Assembly (NCBI GenBank): GCA_026388095.1
Contig: JAPLKL010000044.1
Location: 3,993 to 67,992, forward strand
DNA length: 64,000 bases
Direction of reading: 5' to 3'
DNA from: Elusimicrobiota bacterium
Lineage (GTDB): Bacteria > Elusimicrobiota > Elusimicrobia > UBA1565 > UBA9628
Every line of letters begins with the position of its first letter. The first letter of the stretch is position 1. Position numbers and translations under genes: made by a program. The notes beneath the pieces are model-generated. The model ran no database searches. It saw only the letters and a program-made list of their open reading frames with translations, and had not been told where the DNA came from. Of this stretch, positions 55,123 through 63,874 are shown piece after piece.

Positions 55123-55192
55123 AGGGGGCCCCCGTTTGCTATCATAGCCTGTCCCGGCCCCCGAGAGGGCCGGATGCGAGAAGGAGGGCGTA

Positions 55193-55462
55193 ATGGAACA
55201 GGAGCAGGTGGGGACGGTCGAGCATTTTTTCGGCAAGATCAGCGTGAGCATGATCAGATTGACCGCCGCGCTGAAGGTGGGAGATAAGATCCGCATCAAG
55301 GGCAAGGACGCCGAACTGGTCCACGAAGTGTCCTCCATGCAGATCGACCGCGTTCCCGCGCAGGAGGCGAAAGCCGGAGACCTGGTCAGCATACAGGTCA
55401 GCCAGAAGGTGCGCCTGGGCGACACGGTCCATAAGGTCACCGACCCCGCTCCGGCCGGCTGA
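55193..55462 (+). CDS. Small EF-Tu-domain-2-like beta-barrel protein (hypothetical).
   Basis: 89 aa. GDKIRIKG...VSIQVSQKVRLGDTVHKV resembles translation-factor beta-barrel domains. GAAGGAGGG RBS. Confidence 0.45.
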   Translation: MEQEQVGTVEHFFGKISVSMIRLTAALKVGDKIRIKGKDAELVHEVSSMQIDRVPAQEAKAGDLVSIQVSQKVRLGDTVHKVTDPAPAG

Positions 55463-55603
55463 ACTCGGGCCCTCCTTTCCCAGGAGGGTTCCTTGTTTCC
55501 CTACACCCAAACTGCTTGAATAGGGCCAGGCGATGGAGTTCGCCTGAACCGCCCCGGCGACGGGGCTGATGACTCCTACCGATCGCGGTAGGAGTCTCTT
55601 TTT
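55463..55603 (+). promoter_or_regulatory. Structured leader with multiple hairpins, ending in a strong intrinsic terminator immediately before the antiporter RBS (candidate attenuator or riboswitch).
   Basis: CCCTCC-TTTCCCA-GGAGGG; CAGGCG-N8-CGCCTG; GCCCCG-GCGA-CGGGGC; GACTCCTACCG-ATCG-CGGTAGGAGTC plus TTTTTTT; then GAGGGGAG RBS and ATG at 55616. Confidence 0.4.
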
Positions 55604-55615
55604 TTGAGGGGAGAC

Positions 55616-56764
55616 ATGGACACGATCTACGCCGCGACCTGCATCACCCTTCTGGTCTTCATCGCCAGCGTCTTCTCCGTCGAGCTGGCGCTCTCGGCGG
55701 CCATCATCGAGATCGCGGTCGGCGTCATCGCCGGCAACTTCCTCGGCCTGCAGTCCGCGCCCTGGATGGACTTCCTCGCGGGCTTCGGCGGCATCCTGCT
55801 CACCTTCCTGGCCGGGGCCGAGGTGGACCCCAAGATCATGCGGGAGAAGTTCAAGGAGAGCGTTCTCATCGGAGGGATCTCATTTTTGGTCCCCTATCTG
55901 GCCGCCATCGCCTACTGCCGCTGGGCCGCCGGCTGGACCTGGGACGCCTCGCTCATCGCGGGCTGCGCGCTCTCGACGACGTCCTTGGCCGTGGTCTACG
56001 CGGTCCTGGTCGAGACCGGACTGACCAGGACCGAGATCGGCAAGGTCATCATGGCCGCCACCTTCGTCACGGACTTCGGCGTGGCCATGGCCCTGTCCTT
56101 GACCTTCGCCCGATACGACCGCTACACCCTGTGCTTCATCCTGGGCTCGGCCCTGCTCATCACGGCCGCGGCCCGCTGGCTGCCCGGCGTGTTCCTGCGC
56201 TACGGCAAGCGGGTCATAGAGCCGGAGATCAAGCTCCTTTTCTTCCTGCTCTTCTGCTTCATGTCCTTGGCCAAGCTGGGCCAAGGGCACGCGGTCCTGC
56301 CGGTCTTCATCCTGGGCCTGTGCCTGGCCGCGCTCTTCCGCGAGCATCAGGAGCTCCAGAAGAAGCTCCGCGTCGTGGCCTTCGCCATGATCACGCCCTT
56401 CTTCTTCATCAAGGGCGGCATGAACGTGTCGCTGGGCTCCGTCCTGGCCCAATGGCCGCTCTTCCTGATCCTGTTCGGGGTCAAGCTCGCGGCCAAGTTC
56501 GTCGGGGTCTGGCCCCTGGCCAGGCTCTACGCGCGCGGCCACGCCGAGTACACGACCTTGCTCATGAGCACCGGCTTGACCTTCGGGACCATCTCGTCGC
56601 TCTACGGGCTCCAGGCCGGCTACATCGACAAGGGTCAGTTCTCGGTCCTGGTGGCCGTGGTCATCGGGACGGCCATCATCCCGACCTTCATCGCCCAGCG
56701 CTGGTTCTCCCCGGCGCTGCCGGAGGCCGAGGAACTGCTGGCTCGGGAGGAAGAGAGCTCCTGA
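55616..56764 (+). CDS. Cation:proton antiporter (CPA/Na+-H+ exchanger family).
   Basis: ~11 TM; typical Na_H_Exchanger segments. The annotated TTG start at 55604 is rejected in favour of the ATG after the RBS. Confidence 0.75.
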   Translation: MDTIYAATCITLLVFIASVFSVELALSAAIIEIAVGVIAGNFLGLQSAPWMDFLAGFGGILLTFLAGAEVDPKIMREKFKESVLIGGISFLVPYLAAIAYCRWAAGWTWDASLIAGCALSTTSLAVVYAVLVETGLTRTEIGKVIMAATFVTDFGVAMALSLTFARYDRYTLCFILGSALLITAAARWLPGVFLRYGKRVIEPEIKLLFFLLFCFMSLAKLGQGHAVLPVFILGLCLAALFREHQELQKKLRVVAFAMITPFFFIKGGMNVSLGSVLAQWPLFLILFGVKLAAKFVGVWPLARLYARGHAEYTTLLMSTGLTFGTISSLYGLQAGYIDKGQFSVLVAVVIGTAIIPTFIAQRWFSPALPEAEELLAREEESS

Positions 56765-57798
56765 TGCGGCTCTCCCCATTCCTGCTCGCCGTCCTCTCGG
56801 CGGTGTTGTTCGGCGCGGCCAGCCCCGCCAGCAAGCCGCTCCTTGGGCATTTCTCATCCAACCAACTGGCCGGGCTGCTGTATCTCGGCGCCGCCATCGG
56901 GATAGCTCCCTGGGCTTTTCGCGGCTCCGTCCGAAAGCCCTGGCAGCTGGATGCCCGGAACCGACGATTTCTCTTGGGGGCCATCGTTTTCGGCGGGATC
57001 CTCGCTCCGGTCCTGGTCCTGCTCGGGCTCAAAGCCGCTCCTGCCGCGTCGGTCTCCTTGTGGCTCAACCTGGAGCTCGTCGCTACGGCGGTGCTGGGTG
57101 CCGCGCTCTTCCGCGATTCGCTGGGCTGGGGCGGCTGGACGGCGTCGGGAGTCGCCGCCCTGGCGGCCGTGGTCTTGGCATGGGGAGGGGGGGCGGCGGG
57201 CGTCCAGGCCGCCGCTTTGGTCGCGCTGGCCTGCGCGTGCTGGGGATTGGACAACCAGCTGACGTCCCTCATCGACGGCATCGCCCCGGCGGACTCGACG
57301 TTCTGGAAGGGGTTGGCCGCCGGGACGGTGAACCTGGCCATCGGTTCGGCGCTCGCCCCGTGGTCAGGAGGCCTCAAAGAGACGGCGCAGGCCCTGGCCA
57401 TCGGGGCGGCGTGCTATGGAGCCAGCATCGCGCTCTATGTCGCGGCAGCGCAGAGGCTCGGGGCGACGCGGAGCCAGATCCTGTTCTCCACCGCTCCGTT
57501 CTTCGGCGTCCTCATCTCGATGGCGGCCTTGGGCGAGAAGCTCTCCTGGCTCCAGGCGGCGGCCGGGGGCCTGTTCGTCTGCGCCGCGGCCTTGCTGGCG
57601 CTGGAGAAGCATCACCATGCCCATAGGCACGAGCCCCTGGAGCATGAGCATCGCCATCGCCATGACGACCAGCACCATGGCCATGTCCATACTGAGGCCC
57701 TTCCCGGGGCAGAGCATGCGCATCGGCATAGCCACGCGGCCTATGAACACGCGCATCCTCATTGGCCCGACCTGCATCACCGGCATCGTCATCGCTGA
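56764..57798 (+). CDS. DMT/EamA-family transporter with histidine-rich C-terminal tail.
   Basis: 10 TM in two EamA halves. C-terminal HHHAHRHEPLEHEHRHRHDDQHHGHVHTE...HAHRHSHAAYEHAHPHWPDLHHRHRHR. TGATG overlap with the antiporter stop. Confidence 0.7.
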   Translation: MRLSPFLLAVLSAVLFGAASPASKPLLGHFSSNQLAGLLYLGAAIGIAPWAFRGSVRKPWQLDARNRRFLLGAIVFGGILAPVLVLLGLKAAPAASVSLWLNLELVATAVLGAALFRDSLGWGGWTASGVAALAAVVLAWGGGAAGVQAAALVALACACWGLDNQLTSLIDGIAPADSTFWKGLAAGTVNLAIGSALAPWSGGLKETAQALAIGAACYGASIALYVAAAQRLGATRSQILFSTAPFFGVLISMAALGEKLSWLQAAAGGLFVCAAALLALEKHHHAHRHEPLEHEHRHRHDDQHHGHVHTEALPGAEHAHRHSHAAYEHAHPHWPDLHHRHRHR

Positions 57799-57825
57799 AG
57801 CCCGGGATTCCTGTTATAATGTCTT

Positions 57826-58230
57826 ATGGGGCGCACGCGTGTCATGATTGCGACTAGATTGTCTGCTGTGGCGATCGTCCTATCCTTGGCCTTGTCCGCG
57901 GCTGCGACCGGCCGCCCGAAGGGATACGGCGGGCTCACGCCGGCCTCCGAGCTGTCGCCGTCTCAAGCCATGCCCTACACCTTGGCGGTCCCCGGGACTT
58001 TCGCCTTTTCCGGGCCTTTCCGGGTTTCCGAGACTTACGCGATTACCGAGTCGTTCACTCTCCGCGCCCCCCTGACGGCGCCGGGACCAGCGACGAAGCC
58101 TGGGGCTCCGGCGGCGCCTCAGCCTGCGGCGCTTCCGGAGACCTTGGCCAGGACCGGGTCTTTCGCCAGGCCGGGGTCTCTGGCAGCCGCCCCGCAGACC
58201 TTCGCGAGCCCCGGGTCTTTCTGGCGGTAG
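57826..58230 (+). CDS. Small secreted Pro/Ala-rich hypothetical protein.
   Basis: Signal-like N-terminus MIATRLSAVAIVLSLALSAAA. Low-complexity mature region. Confidence 0.4.
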   Translation: MGRTRVMIATRLSAVAIVLSLALSAAATGRPKGYGGLTPASELSPSQAMPYTLAVPGTFAFSGPFRVSETYAITESFTLRAPLTAPGPATKPGAPAAPQPAALPETLARTGSFARPGSLAAAPQTFASPGSFWR

Positions 58231-58348
58231 CGCGCCGCCTCGGAGCGGGGCTCGATCCGGAGCCTCGGCCGAGACCGTAGTCTTACTCTCCACCCGCGTA
58301 TAACTCCTGATAGTCGAGGGCCAGGCCCATAGGTATACTGCCTCTGCC

Positions 58349-59152
58349 ATGGAACGAACCCGTTGGACACGACGCCTCGGTTGGCTGGCGGCGGGGATGC
58401 TGTGCGCCGCGACGGCGCGCTCGTCCTTCGCCAACGACCTCGACTGGAAGCTCAGCTCGTCGCTCGACTATGAATCCGGGAAGTTCGGGACCGGCACGCG
58501 GTCGGATTCCCTCTACATCCCCGTCACCCTGAAGCGCTACCTGGGCGACTGGGACGCGTCGTTGACCGTCCCCTACCTGCGCGAGAGCAGCAACGGACAG
58601 GTGACGAACCTTGGGGGACGGCCGGTCAGGACCGGCAGGGGGACGGGGTCGACCGCGACGACCACCCATTCCGGACTGGGCGACGTGGTGGTCCGGGGGG
58701 GCTACGCCCTCATGCGGGAGGATCCGCAGCCCTTCGATCTGTCTTTGGCCGCCAAGATCAAGCTGCCGACGGCGAACAAGAACAAGGGGTTGGGGACCGG
58801 GAAGTTCGACGAGGGGCTCGGGATCGAGTTTGGCAAGCGCGTCGTCCCCGGTTGGACCGTCCTCGCCGACCTGTATTACACGTTCATCGGGGACCCGCCG
58901 GGAGAGGATCTGAACAACCAGGTCGCCGCGGATATCGGCTTCTCGCACCCGCTGGGAAAGGATTGGACGTCGACGGTCCTCTTCGAGGGAAGCAATGCCC
59001 TCGTTTCGGGCCAGCCCGCGCCCCTGGACCTGCGCGGGATCCTGGACTACAAGCTGGGCGAACAAGGCAGTCTCTTCGGCGGGGGCTTGGTGGGCCTGTC
59101 CAACGGCAGCCCGGACTACGGATTGAGCCTGGGCGGCAGTTATCGGTTCTGA
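58349..59152 (+). CDS. Outer-membrane beta-barrel transporter (MetA-pathway/PF13557-like).
   Basis: Signal peptide, alternating amphipathic strands, C-terminal ...LGGSYRF. Confidence 0.6.
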   Translation: MERTRWTRRLGWLAAGMLCAATARSSFANDLDWKLSSSLDYESGKFGTGTRSDSLYIPVTLKRYLGDWDASLTVPYLRESSNGQVTNLGGRPVRTGRGTGSTATTTHSGLGDVVVRGGYALMREDPQPFDLSLAAKIKLPTANKNKGLGTGKFDEGLGIEFGKRVVPGWTVLADLYYTFIGDPPGEDLNNQVAADIGFSHPLGKDWTSTVLFEGSNALVSGQPAPLDLRGILDYKLGEQGSLFGGGLVGLSNGSPDYGLSLGGSYRF

Positions 59153-59165
59153 TCAAAGGAGAAAA

Positions 59166-59765
59166 ATGAAAAACACAGCGTTAGGCCTTTCGGTCGTTCT
59201 TGCCTTCTGCGCCGCGTCATTCGCCGCGGCCGAGGAAGGACCGTCCAAAGACGAGCAGAAGCTGGAGCAGACATCATCCGACCTGGACCAGAACGCGGCC
59301 CGGCCTGAAGGGCAGAAGGCGGTCGAGTCCAGGCTGAAGTCCGAATTCAAGGTGGACGACGCCCGCGTCCAAGGCCTGCGCGACCAGAAGCTGGGCTACG
59401 GCGAGGTATCCATCGTGCTCGCGCTGGCCCAGAAGATGCCCGGCGGGATCACGGACAAGAACGTCCAGACGATCATGTCCCAGCGGCAGGGGCCGCCGGT
59501 CATGGGCTGGGGCCAGATCGCCAAGCAGCAAGGCGTCAAACTCGGCAAGGTGATCGGCAAGGTGAAGAGCGTGGACGCCGCCGCCCGAAAGCACGAGAAG
59601 GCCGAAAGCAAGAAGCAGGAGAAGAAAGAGCAAAAGGCTGAAAAGGCCAGCCGGCACGAGAAGTCCGAGCGCTCGGAACGCGCCGGAAGACCCGAGAGGA
59701 CCGAAAGGCCCGAAAGGACCGAAAAAACCGAAAGGACCGAGCGGCCGGAGAACCCCAAACACTAG
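59166..59765 (+). CDS. Secreted protein with charged C-terminal (R-P/T-E)n repeats.
   Basis: Signal peptide MKNTALGLSVVLAFCAASFAAA. 9-bp tandem DNA repeats at ~59690-59750 encode RPERTERPERTEKTERTERPE. Confidence 0.55.
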   Translation: MKNTALGLSVVLAFCAASFAAAEEGPSKDEQKLEQTSSDLDQNAARPEGQKAVESRLKSEFKVDDARVQGLRDQKLGYGEVSIVLALAQKMPGGITDKNVQTIMSQRQGPPVMGWGQIAKQQGVKLGKVIGKVKSVDAAARKHEKAESKKQEKKEQKAEKASRHEKSERSERAGRPERTERPERTEKTERTERPENPKH

Positions 59766-59818
59766 ACCGGGAAGGTCGGCAGCTCAAGCCAGACCGACTT
59801 CGACGCTCAATGGACACT

Positions 59819-59841
59819 GGCCCTCCGAAAGGAGGGCTTTT
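59819..59841. terminator. Bidirectional intrinsic terminator GGCCCTCC-GAAA-GGAGGGC plus TTTT (repeated hairpin family).
   Basis: Sits between the convergent stop codons at 59765 and 59847. Confidence 0.6.
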
Positions 59842-59846
59842 GTCTG

Positions 59847-61082
59847 TCAGCCCAGGCAGTAGAGCCAGCCCACGCAGAGCGCGCCCAGCAGGACGGCCAG
59901 GGGCGCGCCGACCCGGAAGTACTCCCAGAACCCCACCGCCGCCTCCTTGCGCGCGGACTCGAAGACGATGAGGTTGGCCACCGAGCCGATGAGCGTGAGG
60001 TTGCCGGCCACGGTGCTCGACGCGGCCAAGGCCAGCCACAGGCAGTCGCGTCCGCCCAGCGCGGGCATGATGTTGCTCAGGAACACCACGGCGGGCACGT
60101 TGCTCACGATGTTGGAGAGGAGTCCGGAGACCACGGAGAGCCCGGCGAGCTGGGCCAGCAGGCCGGCGCCGCGCGCCCGGGCCAGCCGGCCCATGAGCTC
60201 GCCCAGCAGGCCCGATTCCCGCAGGCCGCCCATGACCACGAAAAGGCTGGCGAACATGAGCAGCAGCTCCCAGTCGATGCGCGCGAAGGCCTCCCGGGGG
60301 CGGGTGGACCCGGCCAGGATGAGCGCCGCCGCCACCACGATCGCGGCCAGGGGCGGGTGCACGTTCATGGCCAGCAGGAGCAGCAGGACGGCCGAGGCGG
60401 CCAGGCACACATAGATGAGCCGGCCGCGGCCCGCGGGGGCTCTGACTTCCCCCAGCCGGACGGCGCGGTCCCCGGCGAACTCCTCACGGTAAGCCCGGCG
60501 CAGCACGAGGTAGTTGAGCCACAGGCCGAGCGCGGTGATGGGGGCGAGCTTGAGCACGAAGGCGTTGAAGGGCAGGCGCGAATGGACCGCGATGATCATA
60601 TTCTGCGGGTTGCCCATGGGGGTGAACACCGAGCCGATGTTCGCGGAGGTGGCCAATGCGATGAGATAGGGGGCGGGCTTGAGGCCGCAGCGGCGGGTCA
60701 GCCGGAGCACCACCGGCGTGAGCATGAGGCAGATGGTGTCGTTCATGAACAGCGCCGAGAGCAGGCCGGAGGACGCCACCACCAAGGCCAGCAGGTCGCG
60801 CGTGGTGCGGGCCCGCTCCAGGATGAGCCACTCGACCTTTTCGAAGAACCCGCTGACCTCCAGGTAGCCGATGATGATCATCATCCCCAGGATGAACACG
60901 ATGGTGTCGAGGTCCACGAGGCGGTAGGCCTTGTCCAAGGACACCACCCCGCCCGCCACCATGGCGACCGCGCCGATGAGGGCGGCGGCCGGCCGGCGGA
61001 TGAAGACCCCGGGCAGGCTCTGGAAGGACAGCAGGAGATAGGTCAGCAGGAAGACCGCGGCCGCGACCCAGGGATGCGACAT
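59847..61082 (-). CDS. ArsB/NhaD-superfamily anion/cation permease.
   Basis: 411 aa, ~12 TM. Internal two-fold repeat typical of the ArsB/NhaD/CitMHS fold. Confidence 0.7.
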   Translation of the reverse strand: MSHPWVAAAVFLLTYLLLSFQSLPGVFIRRPAAALIGAVAMVAGGVVSLDKAYRLVDLDTIVFILGMMIIIGYLEVSGFFEKVEWLILERARTTRDLLALVVASSGLLSALFMNDTICLMLTPVVLRLTRRCGLKPAPYLIALATSANIGSVFTPMGNPQNMIIAVHSRLPFNAFVLKLAPITALGLWLNYLVLRRAYREEFAGDRAVRLGEVRAPAGRGRLIYVCLAASAVLLLLLAMNVHPPLAAIVVAAALILAGSTRPREAFARIDWELLLMFASLFVVMGGLRESGLLGELMGRLARARGAGLLAQLAGLSVVSGLLSNIVSNVPAVVFLSNIMPALGGRDCLWLALAASSTVAGNLTLIGSVANLIVFESARKEAAVGFWEYFRVGAPLAVLLGALCVGWLYCLG

Positions 61083-61118
61083 CGTGAGGTATTATGCCAA
61101 AAGGCTATAATCGCCTTC

Positions 61119-61802
61119 ATGACCAAAGAGCCGATGGTCGTTGCCACGCGGCGAGGCTACGACCTCTGGGCCGCGGTCTATGACACGGACGGCAATCCCC
61201 TCATCGCCATGGAAGAGCCTGTCGTGGACCGCCTCCTGGGCCCGGTGCGCGGCCTGAGCGTGGCCGACATCGGCTGCGGCACGGGCCGCCACGCGGTGCG
61301 CCTGGCCCGGCGCGGGGCCTCGGTGACCGGGCTCGATTTCTCGGAAGGCATGCTCGCCAAGGCCCGGGCCAAGCCCGGCGCCGCGGCCGTGCGTTTCATC
61401 CGCCACGATCTGGCCAGGCCCTTGCCCCTGCCCTCCGGCGGCTTCGACCGCGTGGTCTGCTCCTTGGTCCTGGAGCACATCAAGGACCTCGGCCGGCTCT
61501 TCCGGGAGCTCAAGCGCGTCTGCAGGCGCGACGGGACCATCGTGGTCACGGCCATGCACCCCGCGCTCTGGCTCAAGGGCCAGTCCGCGCGCTTCTTCGA
61601 TCCCAAGAGCGGGCGGGACATCCGTCCCCGCAGCCATCGTCAGACCCTTTCCGATTACGTCATGGCCGCGGTCGCAGCCGGCCTGCGCCTCTCGCACATG
61701 AGCGAGCACGCCCCGGACCGGGCCTTGGCCAGGCGCTTCCCCCGCGCGGCCAAGCACCTGGGCTGGCCGCTGCTGACGGTCATGGCCCTGCGCCGAGACT
61801 AG
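61119..61802 (+). CDS. Class I SAM-dependent methyltransferase.
   Basis: Starts MTKEPMVVA. VADIGCGTGRHAVRLARRGASVTGLDFSEGM is motif I. The upstream part of annotated ORF 60357-61802 is artefact. Confidence 0.75.
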   Translation: MTKEPMVVATRRGYDLWAAVYDTDGNPLIAMEEPVVDRLLGPVRGLSVADIGCGTGRHAVRLARRGASVTGLDFSEGMLAKARAKPGAAAVRFIRHDLARPLPLPSGGFDRVVCSLVLEHIKDLGRLFRELKRVCRRDGTIVVTAMHPALWLKGQSARFFDPKSGRDIRPRSHRQTLSDYVMAAVAAGLRLSHMSEHAPDRALARRFPRAAKHLGWPLLTVMALRRD

Positions 61803-61803
61803 G

Positions 61804-62292
61804 ATGGACATCGAGATCCGCCGTCCCGGCGGGCCAGGGGAGCTGGCGGCCTGCGCGCGCATCATGTCGAGCCAGGAGCCCTGGCTCACCCTCGGCCGGG
61901 GCCATGACCAGGCCCTGGCCCTGCTGAAGAACCCGGAGCGCGAGGTCTACGTGGCGGCTGCGGACGGCGCCGTGGCCGGCTTCGTCATCCTGGCCATGGG
62001 CGGGGCCTTCAAAGGCTACATCCAGACCATCGCGGTCTCCCCGGCCTGGCAGGGCCGGGGCGTCGGCAGCAGGCTTATCGCATTCGCGGAGCAACGCATC
62101 TTCTCGGAGTCTCCTAACGCCTTCATCTGCGTGTCCGACTTCAACCCGAAAGCGCGCCGCCTCTACGAGCGTCTGGGCTACAAGCTGGTGGGGGAGCTCA
62201 AGGACTACGTCGTGGCCGGACATTCCGAACTGCTCCTGCGCAAGAGCATCGGTCCCATGTCCGACTTCCACCCCCAGAGGCCGTGCGCCTGA
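61804..62292 (+). CDS. GNAT-family N-acetyltransferase.
   Basis: IAVSPAWQGRGVGSRLI is acetyl-CoA-binding motif A. Confidence 0.75.
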   Translation: MDIEIRRPGGPGELAACARIMSSQEPWLTLGRGHDQALALLKNPEREVYVAAADGAVAGFVILAMGGAFKGYIQTIAVSPAWQGRGVGSRLIAFAEQRIFSESPNAFICVSDFNPKARRLYERLGYKLVGELKDYVVAGHSELLLRKSIGPMSDFHPQRPCA

Positions 62293-63071
62293 GCGACCGA
62301 GCCCGCATAGAGGCTTTCCTGCGGCGGGACCCTTTTCTGCACGGCTACGAGCTCGGGGACCTTGACGACCGGTTCTGGCCGGACACGGCCTGGTACGGGC
62401 TCGTGGACGCAGGGCGGATCCGGGCTTTGGCTCTGCTCTACACGGGCTTGAGCGAGCCCACCTTGCTGGCCTTGGCCTCGCAAGAGTCGGCTGAGCTGGC
62501 CCGCCTGCTGCGAGAGCTCTCGCCGCTTCTGCCTCCGAGCCTCTATTGCCATCTGACTCCTTCTTTGGGCAAGGCCTTGGAGGAGCGCTATGCTTTGACC
62601 GCTCACGGCGAGCACTACAAGATGGCGCTGAAGGATCCCAGCCGCCTGGAAACGGCTCGCTCGGCCGAGACCGTGGAGCTCGCTCCTGGGGACCGCGCGG
62701 AGGTGGAGCGGTTCTACGCGGAGAGCTATCCGGGCAACTGGTTCGTGCCCTCCCTCCTCGATACCGGCTACTATGTCGGGATCCGGGAAGGGGGCAGGCT
62801 CATCTGCGCCGCGGGCGTGCATGTCTACTCGGCCCGGCAGAAGGTCGCGGCCCTGGGAAACATCGCCACCCGGCCCGAGGCGCGCGGCCGCGGCCATGCG
62901 GAGGCCGCCACGGCCGAGCTGTGCCGCCGGCTGCTCAAGACGGTGAGCCACATCTGCCTCAACGTCAAGGCGGACAACCGGGCCGCCATCGCCTGCTACC
63001 GCAAGCTCGGCTTCGAGGCCGTCGCGAGCTATGAGGAATACCACGCGCAGCTCCGGAAAAAAGCGCTATAG
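62283..63071 (+). CDS. GNAT-family acetyltransferase (two-lobe, FR47-like).
   Basis: C-terminal half LGNIATRPEARGRGHAEAATAEL is motif A. Confidence 0.65.
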   Translation: MRLSDRARIEAFLRRDPFLHGYELGDLDDRFWPDTAWYGLVDAGRIRALALLYTGLSEPTLLALASQESAELARLLRELSPLLPPSLYCHLTPSLGKALEERYALTAHGEHYKMALKDPSRLETARSAETVELAPGDRAEVERFYAESYPGNWFVPSLLDTGYYVGIREGGRLICAAGVHVYSARQKVAALGNIATRPEARGRGHAEAATAELCRRLLKTVSHICLNVKADNRAAIACYRKLGFEAVASYEEYHAQLRKKAL

Positions 63072-63078
63072 TCTGAGC

Positions 63079-63777
63079 ATGCCCCGCGAGCCCTTGCCGA
63101 GCCGGCCGAATCTGCTGCGCGTCATGAAGGCCTCGCCTCTGTTCTGCGCTTTGCGGCCGGAGGCGATGAGCCTGGTCCTGCGCCGCGGGAGCGTGCGCGC
63201 CTACGCGGCCGGCGAAGCCGTGTTCCAGGCGGGCGAGCCCGCGGACTGTTTCTTTTTGGTCATCTTCGGCCGGGTCAAGGTCTTCAAGCTCTCCGCGCGC
63301 GGGGGCGAGCAGATCCTCCACTCTTTCGGCCCGGGGACCACATTCGGCGAGGCCGCGCTGTGGGCGGGCGGCCGCTACCCGGCCTATTCGGAGGCCATCG
63401 AGAGGTCCGTCCTCTTCGTGCTCTCGCGCGCCGCCCTGCGCGACGCCTTCGCCGGAAGCCCGGACCTGGCCATCGGCATGATGGCCGGCCTCTCCCAGAA
63501 GCTGCGCGAGTTCGTCCAGCTCGTGGAAGACCTGTCCTTGAAGGAAGTCCCGGCGCGCCTGGCCGGCGCGCTGCTCGCCGAAGCCAAGAGGGCCGGGTCG
63601 GAGAGGTTCCGGATACGCCGGACCAAGGCCGAGTTCGCCTCCCAGTTGGGCACCATCCCCGCGACCTTGAGCCGCGGCCTGCGCAAGCTCCAGGATGCGG
63701 GGCTCATCGCGGTGCGCGGCCCTGAGGTCTCCATCCTCAAGTCCCCGGAGTTGCGCCGTCTCGCCGACGGCGACTGA
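63079..63777 (+). CDS. Crp/Fnr-family transcriptional regulator.
   Basis: Starts MPREPLPS. cNMP-binding fold (GEAVFQAGEPADCFFLVIFGRVKV...FGEAAL) and C-terminal HTH (RTKAEFASQLGTIPATLSRGLRKL). Confidence 0.8.
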   Translation: MPREPLPSRPNLLRVMKASPLFCALRPEAMSLVLRRGSVRAYAAGEAVFQAGEPADCFFLVIFGRVKVFKLSARGGEQILHSFGPGTTFGEAALWAGGRYPAYSEAIERSVLFVLSRAALRDAFAGSPDLAIGMMAGLSQKLREFVQLVEDLSLKEVPARLAGALLAEAKRAGSERFRIRRTKAEFASQLGTIPATLSRGLRKLQDAGLIAVRGPEVSILKSPELRRLADGD

Positions 63778-63800
63778 GCCTCGCGGACCCGCCGGGCCCG

Positions 63801-63816
63801 CTTGACCTAGGTCAAG
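63801..63816. promoter_or_regulatory. Perfect palindrome CTTGACCTAGGTCAAG (TTGAC-N4-GTCAA), candidate Crp/Fnr-family operator.
   Basis: Lies ~60 bp upstream of the ATG at 63875 and directly downstream of the Crp/Fnr gene. Half-sites resemble FNR/Dnr-type boxes. Confidence 0.5.
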
Positions 63817-63874
63817 GCCGTTTTCCGCTTCCCGAGCCATACTATGGGCGAAGGACACAGAGGGGGACCTGACC

